From: Torpedo marmorata
Lineage: Eukaryota
NCBI GenBank assembly: GCA_977017645.1
Contig: OZ360252.1
Coordinates: forward strand, 36,952,001 to 37,016,000
Reading direction: 5' to 3'
Length of the DNA: 64,000 bases
Positions 1 through 13,542 of this stretch are shown here, in pieces (position 1 is the first letter of the stretch; the number at the start of each line of letters is the position of its first letter). A model generated the notes under the pieces. That model had not been told where the DNA came from, did not search any database, and worked only from the letters and a program-made list of their open reading frames with translations. The position numbers and the translations under genes were made by a program.

Positions 1-3000
1 GGGGTTATTTACCCAGTGTCATGGTGCAGGGGGGTTATTTACCCAGTGTCATGGTGCAGGGGGGTTATTTACCCAGTGTCATGGTGCAGGGGGGTTATTT
101 ACCCGGTGTCATGGTGCAGGGGGGTTATTTACCCAGTGTCATGGTGCAGGGGGGTTATTTACCCGGTGTCATGGTGCAGGGGGTTATTTACCCAGTGTCG
201 TGGTGCAGGGGGATTATTTACCCAGTGTCATGGTGCAGGGGGGTTATTTACCCAGTGTCATGGTGCAGGGGGGTTATTTACCCGGTGTCATGGTGCAGGT
301 GGGTTATTTACCCAGTGTCATGGTGCAGGGGGGTTATTTACCCAGTGTCATGGTGCAGGGGGGTTATTTACCCGGTGTCGTGGTGCAGGGGGGTTATTTA
401 CCCAGTGTCATGGTGCAGGGGGGTTATTTACCCGGTGTCATGGTGCAGGGGGGTTATTTACCTGATGTTGTGGTGCAGGGGGGTTATTTACCCAGTGTCA
501 TGGTGCAGGGGGGGTTATTTACCCAGTGTCGTGGTGCAGGGGGGTTATTTACCCAGTGTCATGGTGCAGGGGGGTTATTTACCCAGTGTCATGGAGCAGG
601 GGGGTTATTTACCCGGTGTCATGGTGCAGGGGGGTTATTTACCCGGTGTCGTGGTGCAGGGGGGTTATTTACCCAGTGTCATGGTGCAGGGGGGTTATTT
701 ACCCAGTGTCATGGTGCAGGGGGGTTATTTACCCAGTGTCATGGTGCAGGGGGGTTATTTACCCGGTGTCGTGGTGCAGGGGGGTTATTTACCCGGTGTC
801 GTGGTGCAGGAGGGTTATTTACCCAGTGTCATGGTGCAGGGAGGTTATTTACCCGGTGTCATGGTGCAGGGGGGTTATTTACCCAGTGTCATGGTGCAGG
901 GGGGTTATTTACCCGGTGTCATGGTGCAGGGTGGTTATTTACCCAGTGTCATGGTGCAGGGGGGTTATTTACCTGGTGTCATGGTGCAGGGGGGTTATTT
1001 ACCCAGTGTCGTGGTGCAGGGGGGTTATTTACCCAGTGTCATGGTGCAGGGGGGTTATTTACCAAGTGTCATGGTGCAGGGGGGGTTATTTACCCAGTGT
1101 CGTGGTGCAGGGGGGTTATTTACCCAGTGTCATGGTGCAGGGGGGTTATTTACCCAGTGTCATGGTGCAGGGGGGTTATTTACCCAGTGTCATGGTGCAG
1201 GGGGGTTATTTACCCAGTGTCATGGTGCAGGGGTGTTATTTACCCAGTGTCATGGTGCAGGGGGGTTATTTACCCGGTGTCATGGTGCAGGGGGGTTATT
1301 TACCCAGTGTCATGGTGCAGGGGGGTTATTTACCCAGTGTCATGGTGCAGGGGGGTTATTTACCCGGTGTCATGGTGCAGGGGGGTTATTTACCCAGTGT
1401 CATGGTGCAGGGGGGTTATTTACCCGGTGTCATGGTGCAGGGGTGTTATTTACCCAGTGTCATGGTGCAGGGGGGTTATTTACCCAGTGTCATGGTGCAG
1501 GGGGGTTATTTACCCGGTGTCATGGTGCAGGGGGGTTATTTACCCAGTGTCATGGTGCAGGGGGGTTATTTACCCGGTGTCATGGTGCAGGGGGGTTATT
1601 TACCCAGTGTCGTGGTGCAGGGGGGTTATTTACCCAGTGTCATGGTGCAGGGGGGTTATTTACCCAGTGTCATGGTGCAGGGGGGTTATTTACCCAGTGT
1701 CATGGTGCAGGGGGGTTATATACCCAGTGTCATGGTGCAGGGGGGTTATTTACCCAGTGTCATGGTGCAGGGGGGTTATTTACCCAGTGTCATGGTGCAG
1801 GGGGTTTATTTACCCAGTGTCATGGTGCAGGGGTGTTATTTACCCAGTGTCATGGTGCAGGGGGGTTATTTACCCAGTGTCATGGTGCAGGGGGGTTATT
1901 TACCCAGTGTCATGGTGCAGGGGGTTTATTTACCCAGTGTCATGGTGCAGGGGGGTTATTTACCCAGTGTCATGGTGCAGGGGGGTTATCTACCCGGTGT
2001 CGTGGTGCAGAGGGGTTATTTACCCGGTGTCATGGTGCAGGGGGTTTATTTACCCAGTGTCATGGTGCAGGGGGGTAATTTACCCAGTGTCGTGGTGCAG
2101 GGGGGTAATTTACCCAGTGTCATGGTGCAGAGGGGTTATTTACCCAGTGTCATGGTGCAGGGGGGTTATTTACCCAGTGTCATGGTGCAGGGGGGTTATT
2201 TACCCAGTGTCGTGGTGCAGGGGGGTTATTTACCCAGTGTCATGGTGCAGGGGGGTTATTTACCCAGTGTCATGGTGCAGGGGGGTTATTTACCCAGTGT
2301 CATGGTGCAGGGGGGTTATTTACCCAGTGTCGTGGTGCAGGGGGGTTATTTACACAGTGTCATGGTGCAGGGGGGTTATTTACCCAGTGTCTTGGTGCAG
2401 GGGGGTTATTTACCCAGTGTCGTGGTGCAGGGGGGTTATTTACCCAGTGTCATGGTGCAGGGGGGTTATTTACCTGGTGTCACGGTGCAGGGGGGTTATT
2501 TACCCAGTGTCATGGTGCAGGGGGGTTATTTACCCGGTGTCATGGTGCAGGGGGGTTATTTACCCGGTGTCATGGTGCAGGGGGGTTATTTACCTGGTGT
2601 CACGGTGCAGGGGGGTTATTTACCCAATGTCATGGTGCAGGGGGGTTATTTACCCGGTGTCATGGTGCAGGGGGGTTATTTACCCGGTGTCATGGTGCAG
2701 GGGGGTTATTTACCCAGTGTCATGGTGCAGGGGGGTTATTTACCCAGTGTCACGGTGCAGGGGGGTTATTTACCCAGTGTCACGGTGCAGGGGGGTTATT
2801 TACCCAGTGTCGTGGTGCAGGGGGGTTATTTACCCAGTGTCATGGTGCAGGGGGGTTATTTACCCAGTGTCACGGTGCAGGGGGGTTATTTACCCGGTGT
2901 CATGGTGCAGGGGGGTTATTTACCCGGTGTCATCGTGCAGGGGGGTTATTTACCCGGTGTCATGGTGCAGGGGGGTTATTTACCCAGTGTCATGGTGCAG

Positions 3001-6000
3001 GGGGGTTATTTACCCGGTGTCATGGTGCAGGGGGGTTATTTACCCAGTGTCATGGTGCAGGGGGGTTATTTACCCAGTGTCATGGTGCAGGGGGGTTATT
3101 TACCCGGTGTCATGGTGCAGGTGGGTTATTTACCTGGTGTCATGGTGCAGGGGGGTTATTTACCCGGTGTCATGGTGCAGGGGGGTTATTTACCCAGTGT
3201 CATGGTGCAGGGGGGTTATTTACCCAGTGTCATGGTGCAGGGGGGTTATTTACCCGGTGTCATGGTGCAGGGGGGTTATTTACCCGGTGTCGTGGTGCAG
3301 GGGGGTTATTTACCCAGTGTCATGGTGCAGGGGGGTTATTTACCCAGTGTCATGGTGCAGGGGGGTTTATTTACCCAGTGTCACGGTGCAGGGGGGTTAT
3401 TTACCCGGTGTCATGGTGCAGGGGGGTTATTTACCCAGTGTCATGGTGCAGGGGGGGTTATTTACCCAGTGTCGTGGTGCAGGGGGGTTATTTACCCGGT
3501 GTCGTGGTGCAGGGGGGTTATTTACCCGGTGTCATGGTGCAGGGGGGTTATTTACCCAGTGTCATGGTGCAGGGGGGTTATTTACCCGGTGTCGTGGTGC
3601 AGGGGGGTTATTTACCCGGTGTCATGGTGCAGGGGGGTTATTTACCCAGTGTCATGGTGCAGGGGGGTTATTTACCCAGTGTCATGGTGCAGGGGGGTTA
3701 TTTACCCGGTGTCATGGTGCAGGGGGGTTATTTACCCAGTGTCATGGTGCAGGGGGGTTATTTACCCAGTGTCATGGTGCAGGGGTGTTATTTACCCAGT
3801 GTCATGGTGCAGGGGGGTTATTTACCCAGTGTCATGGTGCAGGGGGGTTATTTACCCGGTGTCATGGTGCAGGGGGGTTATTTACCCGGTGTCATGGTGC
3901 AGGGGGGTTATTTACCCGGTGTCATGGTGCAGGGGGGTTATTTACCCAGTGTCGTGGTGCAGGGGGGTTATTTACCCAGTGTCATGGTGCAGGGGGGTTA
4001 TATACCCAGTGTCATGGTGCAGGGGGGTTATTTACCCAGTGTCATGGTGCAGGGGGGTTATTTACCCAGTGTCATGGTGCAGGGGGTTTATTTACCCAGT
4101 GTCATGGTGCAGGGGTGTTATTTACCCAGTGTCATGGTGCAGGGGGGTTATTTACCCAGTGTCATGGTGCAGGGGGGTTATTTACCCAGTGTCATGGTGC
4201 AGGGGGTTTATTTACCCAGTGTCATGGTGCAGGGGGGTTATTTACCCAGTGTCATGGTGCAGGGGGGTTATCTACCCGGTGTCGTGGTGCAGAGGGGTTA
4301 TTTACCCGGTGTCATGGTGCAGGGCGTTTATTTACCCAGTGTCATGGTGCAGGGGGGTAATTTACCCAGTGTCGTGGTGCAGGGGGGTAATTTACCCAGT
4401 GTCATGGTGCAGGGGGGTTATTTACCCAGTGTCATGGTGCAGGGGGTTTATTTACCCAGTGTCATGGTGCAGGGGGGTTATTTACCCAGTGTCATGGTGC
4501 AGGGGGTTATTTACCCAGTGTCATGGTGCAGGGGGGTTATTTACCCAGTGTCATGGTGCAGGGGGGTTATTTACCCAGTGTCATGGTGCAGGGGGGTTAT
4601 TTACCCAGTGTCATGGTGCAGGGGGGTTATTTACCCAGTGTCATGGTGCAGGGGGTTTATTTACCCAGTGTCATGGTGCAGGGGGGTTATTTACCCAGTG
4701 TCATGGTGCAGGGGGGTTATTTACCCGGTGTCATGGTGCAGGGGGGTTATTTACCCAGTGTGATGGTGCAGGGGGGTTATTTACCCAGTGTCATGGTGCT
4801 GGGGGGGTTATTTACCCAGTGTCATGGTGCAGGGGAGTTATTTACCCAGTGTCATGGTGCAGGGGGGGTTATTTACCCAGTGTCATGGTGCAGGGGGGTT
4901 ATTTACCCGGTGTCATGGTGCAGTGGGGTTATTTACCCAGTGTCATGGTGCAGGGGGGGTTATTTACCCGGTGTCATGGTGCAGGGGGGGTTATTTACCC
5001 AGTGTCATGGTGCAGGGGGGTTATTTACCCAGTGTCATGGTGCAGGGGGGTTATTTACCCAGCGTCGTGGTGCAGGGGGGTTATTTACCCCGTGTCATGG
5101 TGCAGGGGGGTTATTTACCCAGTGTCACGGTGCAGGGGGGTTATTTACCCAGTGTCGTGGTGCAGGGGGGTTATTTACCCAGTGTCGTGGTGCAGGGGGG
5201 TTATTTACCCAGTGTCATGGTGCAGGGGGGTTATTTACCCAGGGCCGTGGTGCAGGGGGGTTATTTACCTGGTGTCGTGGTGCAGAGGGGTTATTTCCCC
5301 AGTGTCGTGGTGCAGGGGGGTTATTTACCCAGTGTCATGGTGCAGGGGGGTTATTTACCCAGTGTCGTGGTGCAGGGGGGTTATTTACCCAGTGTCATGG
5401 TGCAGGGGGGTTATTTACCCAGTGTCATGGTGCAGGGGGGTTATTTACCCAGTGTCATGGTGCAGGGGGGTTATTTACCCAGTGTCGTGGTGCAGGGGGG
5501 TTATTTACACAGTGTCATGGTGCAGGGGGGTTATTTACCCAGTGTCATGGTGCAGGGGGGTTATTTACCCAGTGTCGTGGTGCAGGGGGGTTATTTACCC
5601 AGTGTCATGGTGCAGGGGGGTTATTTACCTGGTGTCACGGTGCAGGGGGGTTATTTACCCAGTGTCATGGTGCAGGGGGGTTATTTACCCGGTGTCATGG
5701 TGCAGGGGGGTTATTTACCCGGTGTCATGGTGCAGGGGGGTTATTTACCTGGTGTCACGGTGCAGGGGGGTTATTTACCCAATGTCATGGTGCAGGGGGG
5801 TTATTTACCCGGTGTCATGGTGCAGGGGGGTTATTTACCCGGTGTCATGGTGCAGGGGGGTTATTTACCCAGTGTCATGGTGCAGGGGGGTTATTTACCC
5901 AGTGTCACGGTGCAGGGGGGTTATTTACCCAGTGTCACGGTGCAGGGGGGTTATTTACCCAGTGTCGTGGTGCAGGGGGGTTATTTACCCAGTGTCATGG

Positions 6001-9000
6001 TGCAGGGGGGTTATTTACCCAGTGTCACGGTGCAGGGGGGTTATTTACCCGGTGTCATGGTGCAGGGGGGTTATTTACCCGGTGTCATCGTGCAGGGGGG
6101 TTATTTACCCGGTGTCATGGTGCAGGGGGGTTATTTACCCAGTGTCATGGTGCAGGGGGGTTATTTACCCGGTGTCATGGTGCAGGGGGGTTATTTACCC
6201 AGTGTCATGGTGCAGGGGGGTTATTTACCCAGTGTCATGGTGCAGGGGGGTTATTTACCCGGTGTCATGGTGCAGGTGGGATATTTACCTGGTGTCATGG
6301 TGCAGGGGGGTTATTTACCCGGTGTCATGGTGCAGGGGGGTTATTTACCCAGTGTCATGGTGCAGGGGGGTTATTTACCCAGTGTCATGGTGCAGGGGGG
6401 TTATTTACCCGGTGTCATGGTGCAGGGGGGTTATTTACCCGGTGTCGTGGTGCAGGGGGGTTATTTACCCAGTGTCATGGTGCAGGGGGGTTATTTACCC
6501 AGTGTCATGGTGCAGGGGGGTTTATTTACCCAGTGTCACGGTGCAGGGGGGTTATTTACCCGGTGTCATGGTGCAGGGGGGTTATTTACCCAGTGTCATG
6601 GTGCAGGGGGGGTTATTTACCCAGTGTCGTGGTGCAGGGGGGTTATTTACCCGGTGTCGTGGTGCAGGGGGGTTATTTACCCGGTGTCATGGTGCAGGGG
6701 GGTTATTTACCCAGTGTCATGGTGCAGGGGGGTTATTTACCCGGTGTCGTGGTGCAGGGGGGTTATTTACCCAGTGTCATGGTGCAGGGGGGTTATTTAC
6801 CCAGTGTCATGGTGCAGGGGGGTTATTTACCCGGTGTCGTGGTGCAGGGAGGTTATTTACCCGGTGTTGCGGTGCAGGGGGGTTATTTACCCAGTGTCAT
6901 GGTGCAGGGAGGTTATTTACCCGGTGTTGCGGTGCAGGGGGGTTATTTACCCGGTGTCATGGTGCAGGGGGGTTATTTACCCAGTGTCATGGTGCAGGGG
7001 GTTTATTTACCCAGTGTCATGGTGCAGGGGGGTTATTTACCCAGTGTCATGGTGCAGGGGGGTTATTTACCCAGTGTCATGGTGCAGGGGGGGTTATTTA
7101 CCTGGTGTCATGGTGCAGGGGGGTTATTTACCTGGTGTCATGGTGCAGGGGGGTTATTTACCCAGTGTCATGGTGCAGGGGGGGTTATTTACCTGGTGTC
7201 ATGGTGCAGGGGGGTTATTTACCTGGTGTCATGGTGCAGGGGGGTTATTTACCCGGTGTCGTGGTGCAGGGGGGTTATTTACCCGGTGTCATGGTGCAGG
7301 GGGGTTATTTACCCGGTGTCATGGTGCAGGGGGGTTATTTACCCAGTGTCATGGTGCAGGGGGGTTATTTACCCAGTGTCATGGTGCAGGGGGGTTATTT
7401 ACCCAGTGTCATGGTGCAGGGGGGTTATTTACCCAGTGTCATGGTGCAGGGGGGTTATTTACCCAGTGTCATGGTGCAGGGGGGTTATTTACCCAGTGTC
7501 ATGTTGCAGGGGGGTTATTTACCTGGTGTCATGGTGCAGGGGGGTTATTTACCCGGTGTCATGGTGCAGGGGGGTTATTTACCCGGTGTCATGGTGCAGG
7601 GGGGTTATTTACCCGGTGTCATGGTGCAGGGGGGTTATTTACCCGGTGTCATGGTGCAGGGGGGTTATTTACCCAGTGTCATGGTGCAGTGGGGTTATTT
7701 ACCCAGTGTCATGGTGCAGGGGGGTTATTTACCTGGTGTCATGGTGCAGGGGGGTTATTTACCCGGTGTCATGGTGCAGGGGGGTTATTTACCTGGTGTC
7801 ATGGTGCAGGGGGGTTATTTACCCAGTGTCATGGTGCAGGGGGGTTATTTACCCAGTGTCGTGGTGCAGGGGGGTTATTTACCCAGTGTCGTGGTGCAGG
7901 GGGGTTATTTACCTGGTGTCATGGTGCAGGGGGGTTATTTACCCAGTGTCATGGTGCAGGGGGGTTATTTACCCGGTGTCATGGTGCAGGGGGGTTATTT
8001 ACCCGGTGTCATGGTGCAGGGGGGTTATTTACCCGGTGTCATGGTGCAGGGGGGTTATTTACCCAGTGTCATGGTGCAGTGGGGTTATTTACCCAGTGTC
8101 ATGGTGCAGGGGGGTTATTTACCTGGTGTCATGGTGCAGGGGGGTTATTTACCCGGTGTCATGGTGCAGGGGGGTTATTTACCCAGTGTCATGGTGCAGG
8201 GGGGTTATTTACCCAGTGTCGTGGTGCAGGGGGGTTATTTACCCATTGTCATGGCGCAGGGGGTTTATTTACCCAGTGTCGTGGTGCAGGGGGGTTATTT
8301 ACACGGTGTCATGGTGCAGGGGGGTTATTTACCTGGTGTCATGGTGCAGGGGGTTTATTTACCCAGTGTCATGGTGCATGGGGGTTATTTACCCGGTGTC
8401 ATGGTGCAGGGGGGTTATTTACCCGGTATCGTGGTGCAGGGGGGTTATTTACCCCGTGTCATGGTGCAGGGGGGTTATTTACCCAGTGTCATAGTGCAGG
8501 GGGGTTTTTTACCCAGTGTCATGGTGCAGGGGGGTTATTTACCCGGTGTCATGGTGCAGGGGGGTTATTTACCCAGTGTCATGGTGCAGGGGGGTTATTT
8601 ACCCAGTGTCGTGGTGCAGGGGGGTTATTTACCCGGTGTCATGGTGCAGGGGGGTTATTTACCCAGTGTCATGGTGCAGGGGGGTTATTTACCCGGTGTC
8701 ATGGTGCAGGGGGGTTATTTACCCAGTGTCATGGTGCAGGGGGGTTATTTACCCGGTGTCATGGTGCAGGGGGGTTATTTACCCAGTGTCATGGTGCAGG
8801 GGGGTTATTTACCCAGTGTCATGGTGCAGGGGGGTTATTTACCCAGTGTCGTGGTGCAGGGGGTTTATTTACCCGGTGTCATGGTGCAGGGGGGTTATTT
8901 ACCCGGTGTCATGGTGCAGGGGGGTTATTTACCCAGTGTCATGGTGCAGGGGGGTTATTTACCCGGTGTCATGGTGCAGGGGGGTTATTTACCCAGTGTC

Positions 9001-10574
9001 ATGGTGCAGGGGGGTTATTTACCCAGTGTCATGGTGCAGGGGGGTTATTTACCCGGTGTCATGGTGCAGGGGGGTTATTTACCCAGTGTCATGGTGCAGG
9101 GGGGTTATTTACCCGGTGTCATGGTGCAGGGGGGTTATTTACCCAGTGTCACGGTGCAGGGGGGTTATTTACCCGGTGTCACGGTGCAGGGGGGTTATTT
9201 ACCCAGTGTCATGGTGCAGGGGGGTTATTTACCCGGTGTCATGGTGCTGGGGGGTTATTTACCCGGTGTCATGGTGCAGGGGGGTTATTTACCCGGTGTC
9301 ATGGTGCAGGGGGGTTATTTACCCAGTGTCATGGTGCAGGGGGGTTATTTACACAGTGTCGTGGTGCAGGGGGTTTATTTACCCAGTGTCATGGTGCAGG
9401 GGGGTTATTTACCCAGTGTCATGGTGCAGGGGGTTATTTACCCAGTGTCATGGTGCAGGGGGTTATTTACCCAGTGTCGTGGTGCAGGGGGGTTATTTAC
9501 CCGGTGTCATGGTGCAGGGGGGTTATTTACCCAGTGTCGTGGTGCAGGGGGGTTATTTACCCAGTGTCGTGGTGCAGGGGGGTTATTTACCCAGTGTCGT
9601 GGTGCAGGGGGGTTATTTACCTGGTGTCATGGTGCAGGTGGGTTATTTACCCAGTGTCGTGGTGCAGGGGGGTTATTTACCCAGTGTCATGGTGCAGGTG
9701 GGTTATTTACCCAGTGTCATGGTGCAGGGGGGTTATTTACCCAGTGTCATGGTGCAGGGGGGGTTATTTACCCGGTGTCATGGTGCAGGGGGGTTATTTA
9801 CCCAGTGTCATGGTGCAGGGGGGTTATTTACCCAGTGTCACGGTGCAGGGGGGTTATTTACCCAGTGTCATGTTGCAGGGAGGTTATTTACCCGGTGTCA
9901 TGGTGCAGGGGGGTTATTTACCTGGTGTCATGGTGCTGGGGGGTTATTTACCCAGTGTCATGGTGCAGGGGGGTTATTTACCCAGTGTCATGGTGCAGGG
10001 GGGTTATTTACCTGGTGTCGTGGTGCAGGGGGGTTATTTACCCAGTGTCATGGTGCAGGGGGGTTATTTACCCGGCGTCGTGGTACAGGGGGGTTATTTA
10101 CCCGGCGTCGTGGTGCGGTGCAGGTTATTTACCTGGTGTCGTGGTGCAGGGGGGTTATTTCCCCAGTGTCATGGTGCAGGGGGGTTATTTACCCAGTGTC
10201 ATGGTGCAGGGGGGTTATTTACCCAGTGTCATGGTGCAGGGGGGTTATTTACCCGGTGACATGGTGCAGGGGGGTTATTTACCCGGTGTCATGGTGCAGG
10301 GGGGTTATTTACCCAGTGTCACGGTGCAGTGGGGTTATTTACCCAGTGTCGTGGTGCAGGGGGTTATTTACCCAGTGTCATGGTGCAGGGGGGTATTTAC
10401 CCGGTGTCGCGATACGGGGGGTTATTTACCCGGTGTCACAGTGCGGGGGATTAATTACCCGGTGTCGAAGTGCAGGGTGGGTTATTTACCCGGTGTCGCG
10501 ATACGGGGGGTTATTTACCCGGTGTCGAAGTGCAGGGTGGGTTATTTACCCGGTGTCGAAGTGCAGGGCTGGTT
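1..10574 (+). repeat. Homogeneous 30-bp tandem satellite, consensus GGGGGGTTATTTACCCAGTGTCATGGTGCA (~350 monomers by length/30); continues beyond the left window edge
   Basis: 30-bp periodicity is directly visible. Variation is mostly CCAG/CCGG/CTGG, CATG/CGTG/CACG and +/-1 G in the G-run. The last ~6 monomers (10390-10574) are of the diverged type. Confidence 0.99.
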
Positions 10575-12360
10575 TTTTTCCCAATCTTTTTTATTGATTT
10601 TTATAAGAAATACAATACAATGAAGAAAAGGGAACAAAATTGAAAATACAATATCACATATGTATATATATTAAAATAAAACTTCAAACAGTATAAATTC
10701 GATCCCCCCTCCACTGCAATAGGTGACAATGGAAAAAAAATCAGAAGTATTATATACATATAAAAAAACCCACTTAACCTACTCTAATAAAAAAAAAACA
10801 ACTAACAAAAAACAGCTGAGCAGCTTATCCTGAAGGTTATATATATTTTGTAAATTTTGGTTCCTACCGTAAATCAAAAAACAAAGGAAGGGTAAATACA
10901 TCTAATCACATTAGAAACACTTACATCATATGAAAATAAGACATAAAAGGTCGCCATGTATCTTCAAATTTCACCCATGAATCAAATACATGATATCTAA
11001 TTTTTTCTAAGCTGAAACAAGACATAATATGAGAAAACCATTGAAACACTGTTGGAGGTCGAGAGTCTTTCCATTTGAATTGGACGACTCTTCTGGCCAA
11101 CAATGTAGAGAAGGCCACAACCCGTTGAACAGGTACAGAAAAAACTCCCCATGTCTGGGTCAATAACCCCGAAAAGAGCAGTTATTGGATTGGGTCGTAG
11201 CTCCACCTGGAGTATAGTTGAAAAGATATCAAAAATTTATTTCCAATAGTTTTCTAAGGATGAACAAGACCAAAACATATGTGTCAATGTAGCAATCTCA
11301 GATTTGCATCTGTCACAAATAGGGTTAATATTAGAAAAAAATACTAGCCAATTTATCTTTGGACATGTGATCACGATGTACCACTTTGAATTGGATTAAT
11401 GAATGTCGGGCACATACAGAAGATGTATTTACCAATTTAAAAATCTTGTCCCATAGATCCTCAGATAAGGGTCTTGCAAGATCCAGTTCCCAAGCCTTTT
11501 TAATCTTATCATGAAGTACTGGACGTAATTTTAATAATCTATCATATATAATTCCAATTAATCCTTTCTGAGAAGGATTAAATTGAAAAATATTATCAAC
11601 TAAATCTGGTGGATATATAAATGGAAAATCCCGTAATATGATATTTAAGATATTTCTAATCTGTAAATGTTTTTAAAAAATGAGTATTTGTTAAGTCATA
11701 TTTACTTGCAAGCTGTTCAAAAAACATTAAACAACCTTCCTTCAATAAATTTGCAAAAGAAACAATACCTTTGATTTTCCATATAGAGAAAAATTGATCC
11801 ATTATTGATGGTTGAAAAAAATGGTTATGAGAGATAGCACTAGATAAGACAAAGTTTTTTAAATTAAAAAATGTCCTAAATTGGAACCAGATTTGTAATG
11901 TATGTTTGAGTATTGGATTAGATATATTCCTACTGATCTTGGAAAAGCTAAATGGAAGAGAGGCACCCAATAAAGAGGCCACTGAATACTGCTGTATAGA
12001 TTTCAATTCTAAATCTGTCCATAATGGACGATCCAATTTATCAGAATAAAAAATCCAAAAAGTTAGATAGCGAATATTAGCAGCCCAATAATAAAATCTA
12101 AAATTAGGTAAGGCCATACCTCCATCTTTTTTCAATTTTTGTCAATGAAATTTACTAATTCTCAGGTTTTTGTCCTTCCAAGTAAAGGAAGAAACTTTTA
12201 ACTCAATTTTATTAAAAAAAGATTTTGGAATGAAAACTGGAATTTCTAGAAATAAATATAAAAACTTAGGTAATATTATCATTTTAACTGCACTAATACG
12301 ACCTATTAAAGATAACGATAAAGGAGACCATCTAGAAAAAGACAATCTCACATACTGGAA
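10575..12360 (-). mobile_element. 5'-truncated, frameshifted LINE-1 (L1 clade) inserted in the satellite
   Basis: AT-rich island. Minus-strand ORF fragments are L1 ORF2 C-terminus: RWSPLSLSLIGRISAVKM..PKFLYLF, KDGGMALPNFRFYYWAA, the zinc knuckle CDRCKSEIATLTHMFWSC (~11265-11320) and LEKIRY..TWRPF with a stop at 10921. A 3'UTR with AATAAA (~10589-10595) and a short A-tail at ~10575 follows. Confidence 0.93.
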
Positions 12361-12398
12361 TATTTACCCGGTGTCGTGGTGCGGGGTGGGTTATTTAC

Positions 12399-13542
12399 AC
12401 CGCGACACCAGGTAAATAACCCACTCCGCAACGCAACACCGGGTAAATAATCCCCCGCAACGCAACACCGGGTAAATAATCCCCCGCAACGCAACACCGG
12501 GTAAATAACCACCCGCACTGCGATACTGGGTAAATATCCCCCCACTTTGCGACACTGGGTAAATAACCCCCTGCACCGCGACACCGGGTAAATAACCCCC
12601 CGCATCGCGACACCGGGTAAATAACCCCCCGCATTGCGACACCGGGTAAATAACCCACCCGCACAACGACACCGGGTAAATAACCCACAGCCGCACAACG
12701 ACACCAGGTAAATAACCCTCCCGTACTGTGACACCGGGTAAATAACCCCCCTGCACTACGACACCGGGCAAATAACCCGCCCCGCGACACCGTGTAAATA
12801 ACCATCCCTCACCGGGACACCGGGTAAATAACCCACCTCGCACCGCAACACTGGGTAAATAACCCTCCCGTACTGTGACACCGGGTAAATAACCTCCCGC
12901 ACCGCAACAACGGGTAAATAACCCCCCACCGCACCGCGACACCAGGTAAATAACCCCCTGCACCGTGACAACGGGTAAATAACCCCCCACCGCACCGGGA
13001 CACCAGGTAAATAACCCCCCGCACCGAAAACTGGGTAAATAACCCCCGCCGCACCGTGACACCCGATAAATAACCCCCTACACCGTGACACCGGGTAAAT
13101 AACCCACCACGCACCGCGACACCGGTTAAATAACCCCACGCACTGCGTCACTGGGTAAGTAACCCGTCCCGCACCACAATACCGGGTAAATAACCCCTGC
13201 ACCATGACACCGGGTAAATAACCTCCCGCACTGCGACACTGGGTAAATAACCCCCGCACTGTGACATGGGTAAATAACCAACACTGCACGCGACGCTGGG
13301 TAAATAACCCATCATGACACTGGGTAAATAACCCCCCCGCACCCTGACACCGGGTAAATAATCACCCCGCACCCTGACACCGGGTAAAGAACCCCCGCAC
13401 CGCGACACTGGGTAAATAACCCCTGCACCGCATCACCAGGTAAATAACCCCCGCACCGCGACACTGGGTAAATAACCCCCGCACTGCATCACTCGGTAAA
13501 TAACCCACTCTGCACGCTACACTGGGTAAATAACTCCCCGCA
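12399..13542 (-). repeat. Inverted block of the same satellite (~38 diverged monomers)
   Basis: Monomers read CACCGCGACACCGGGTAAATAACCC on the plus strand, the reverse complement of the flanking array. It is preceded by ~1.3 forward monomers (12361-12398). Confidence 0.97.
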
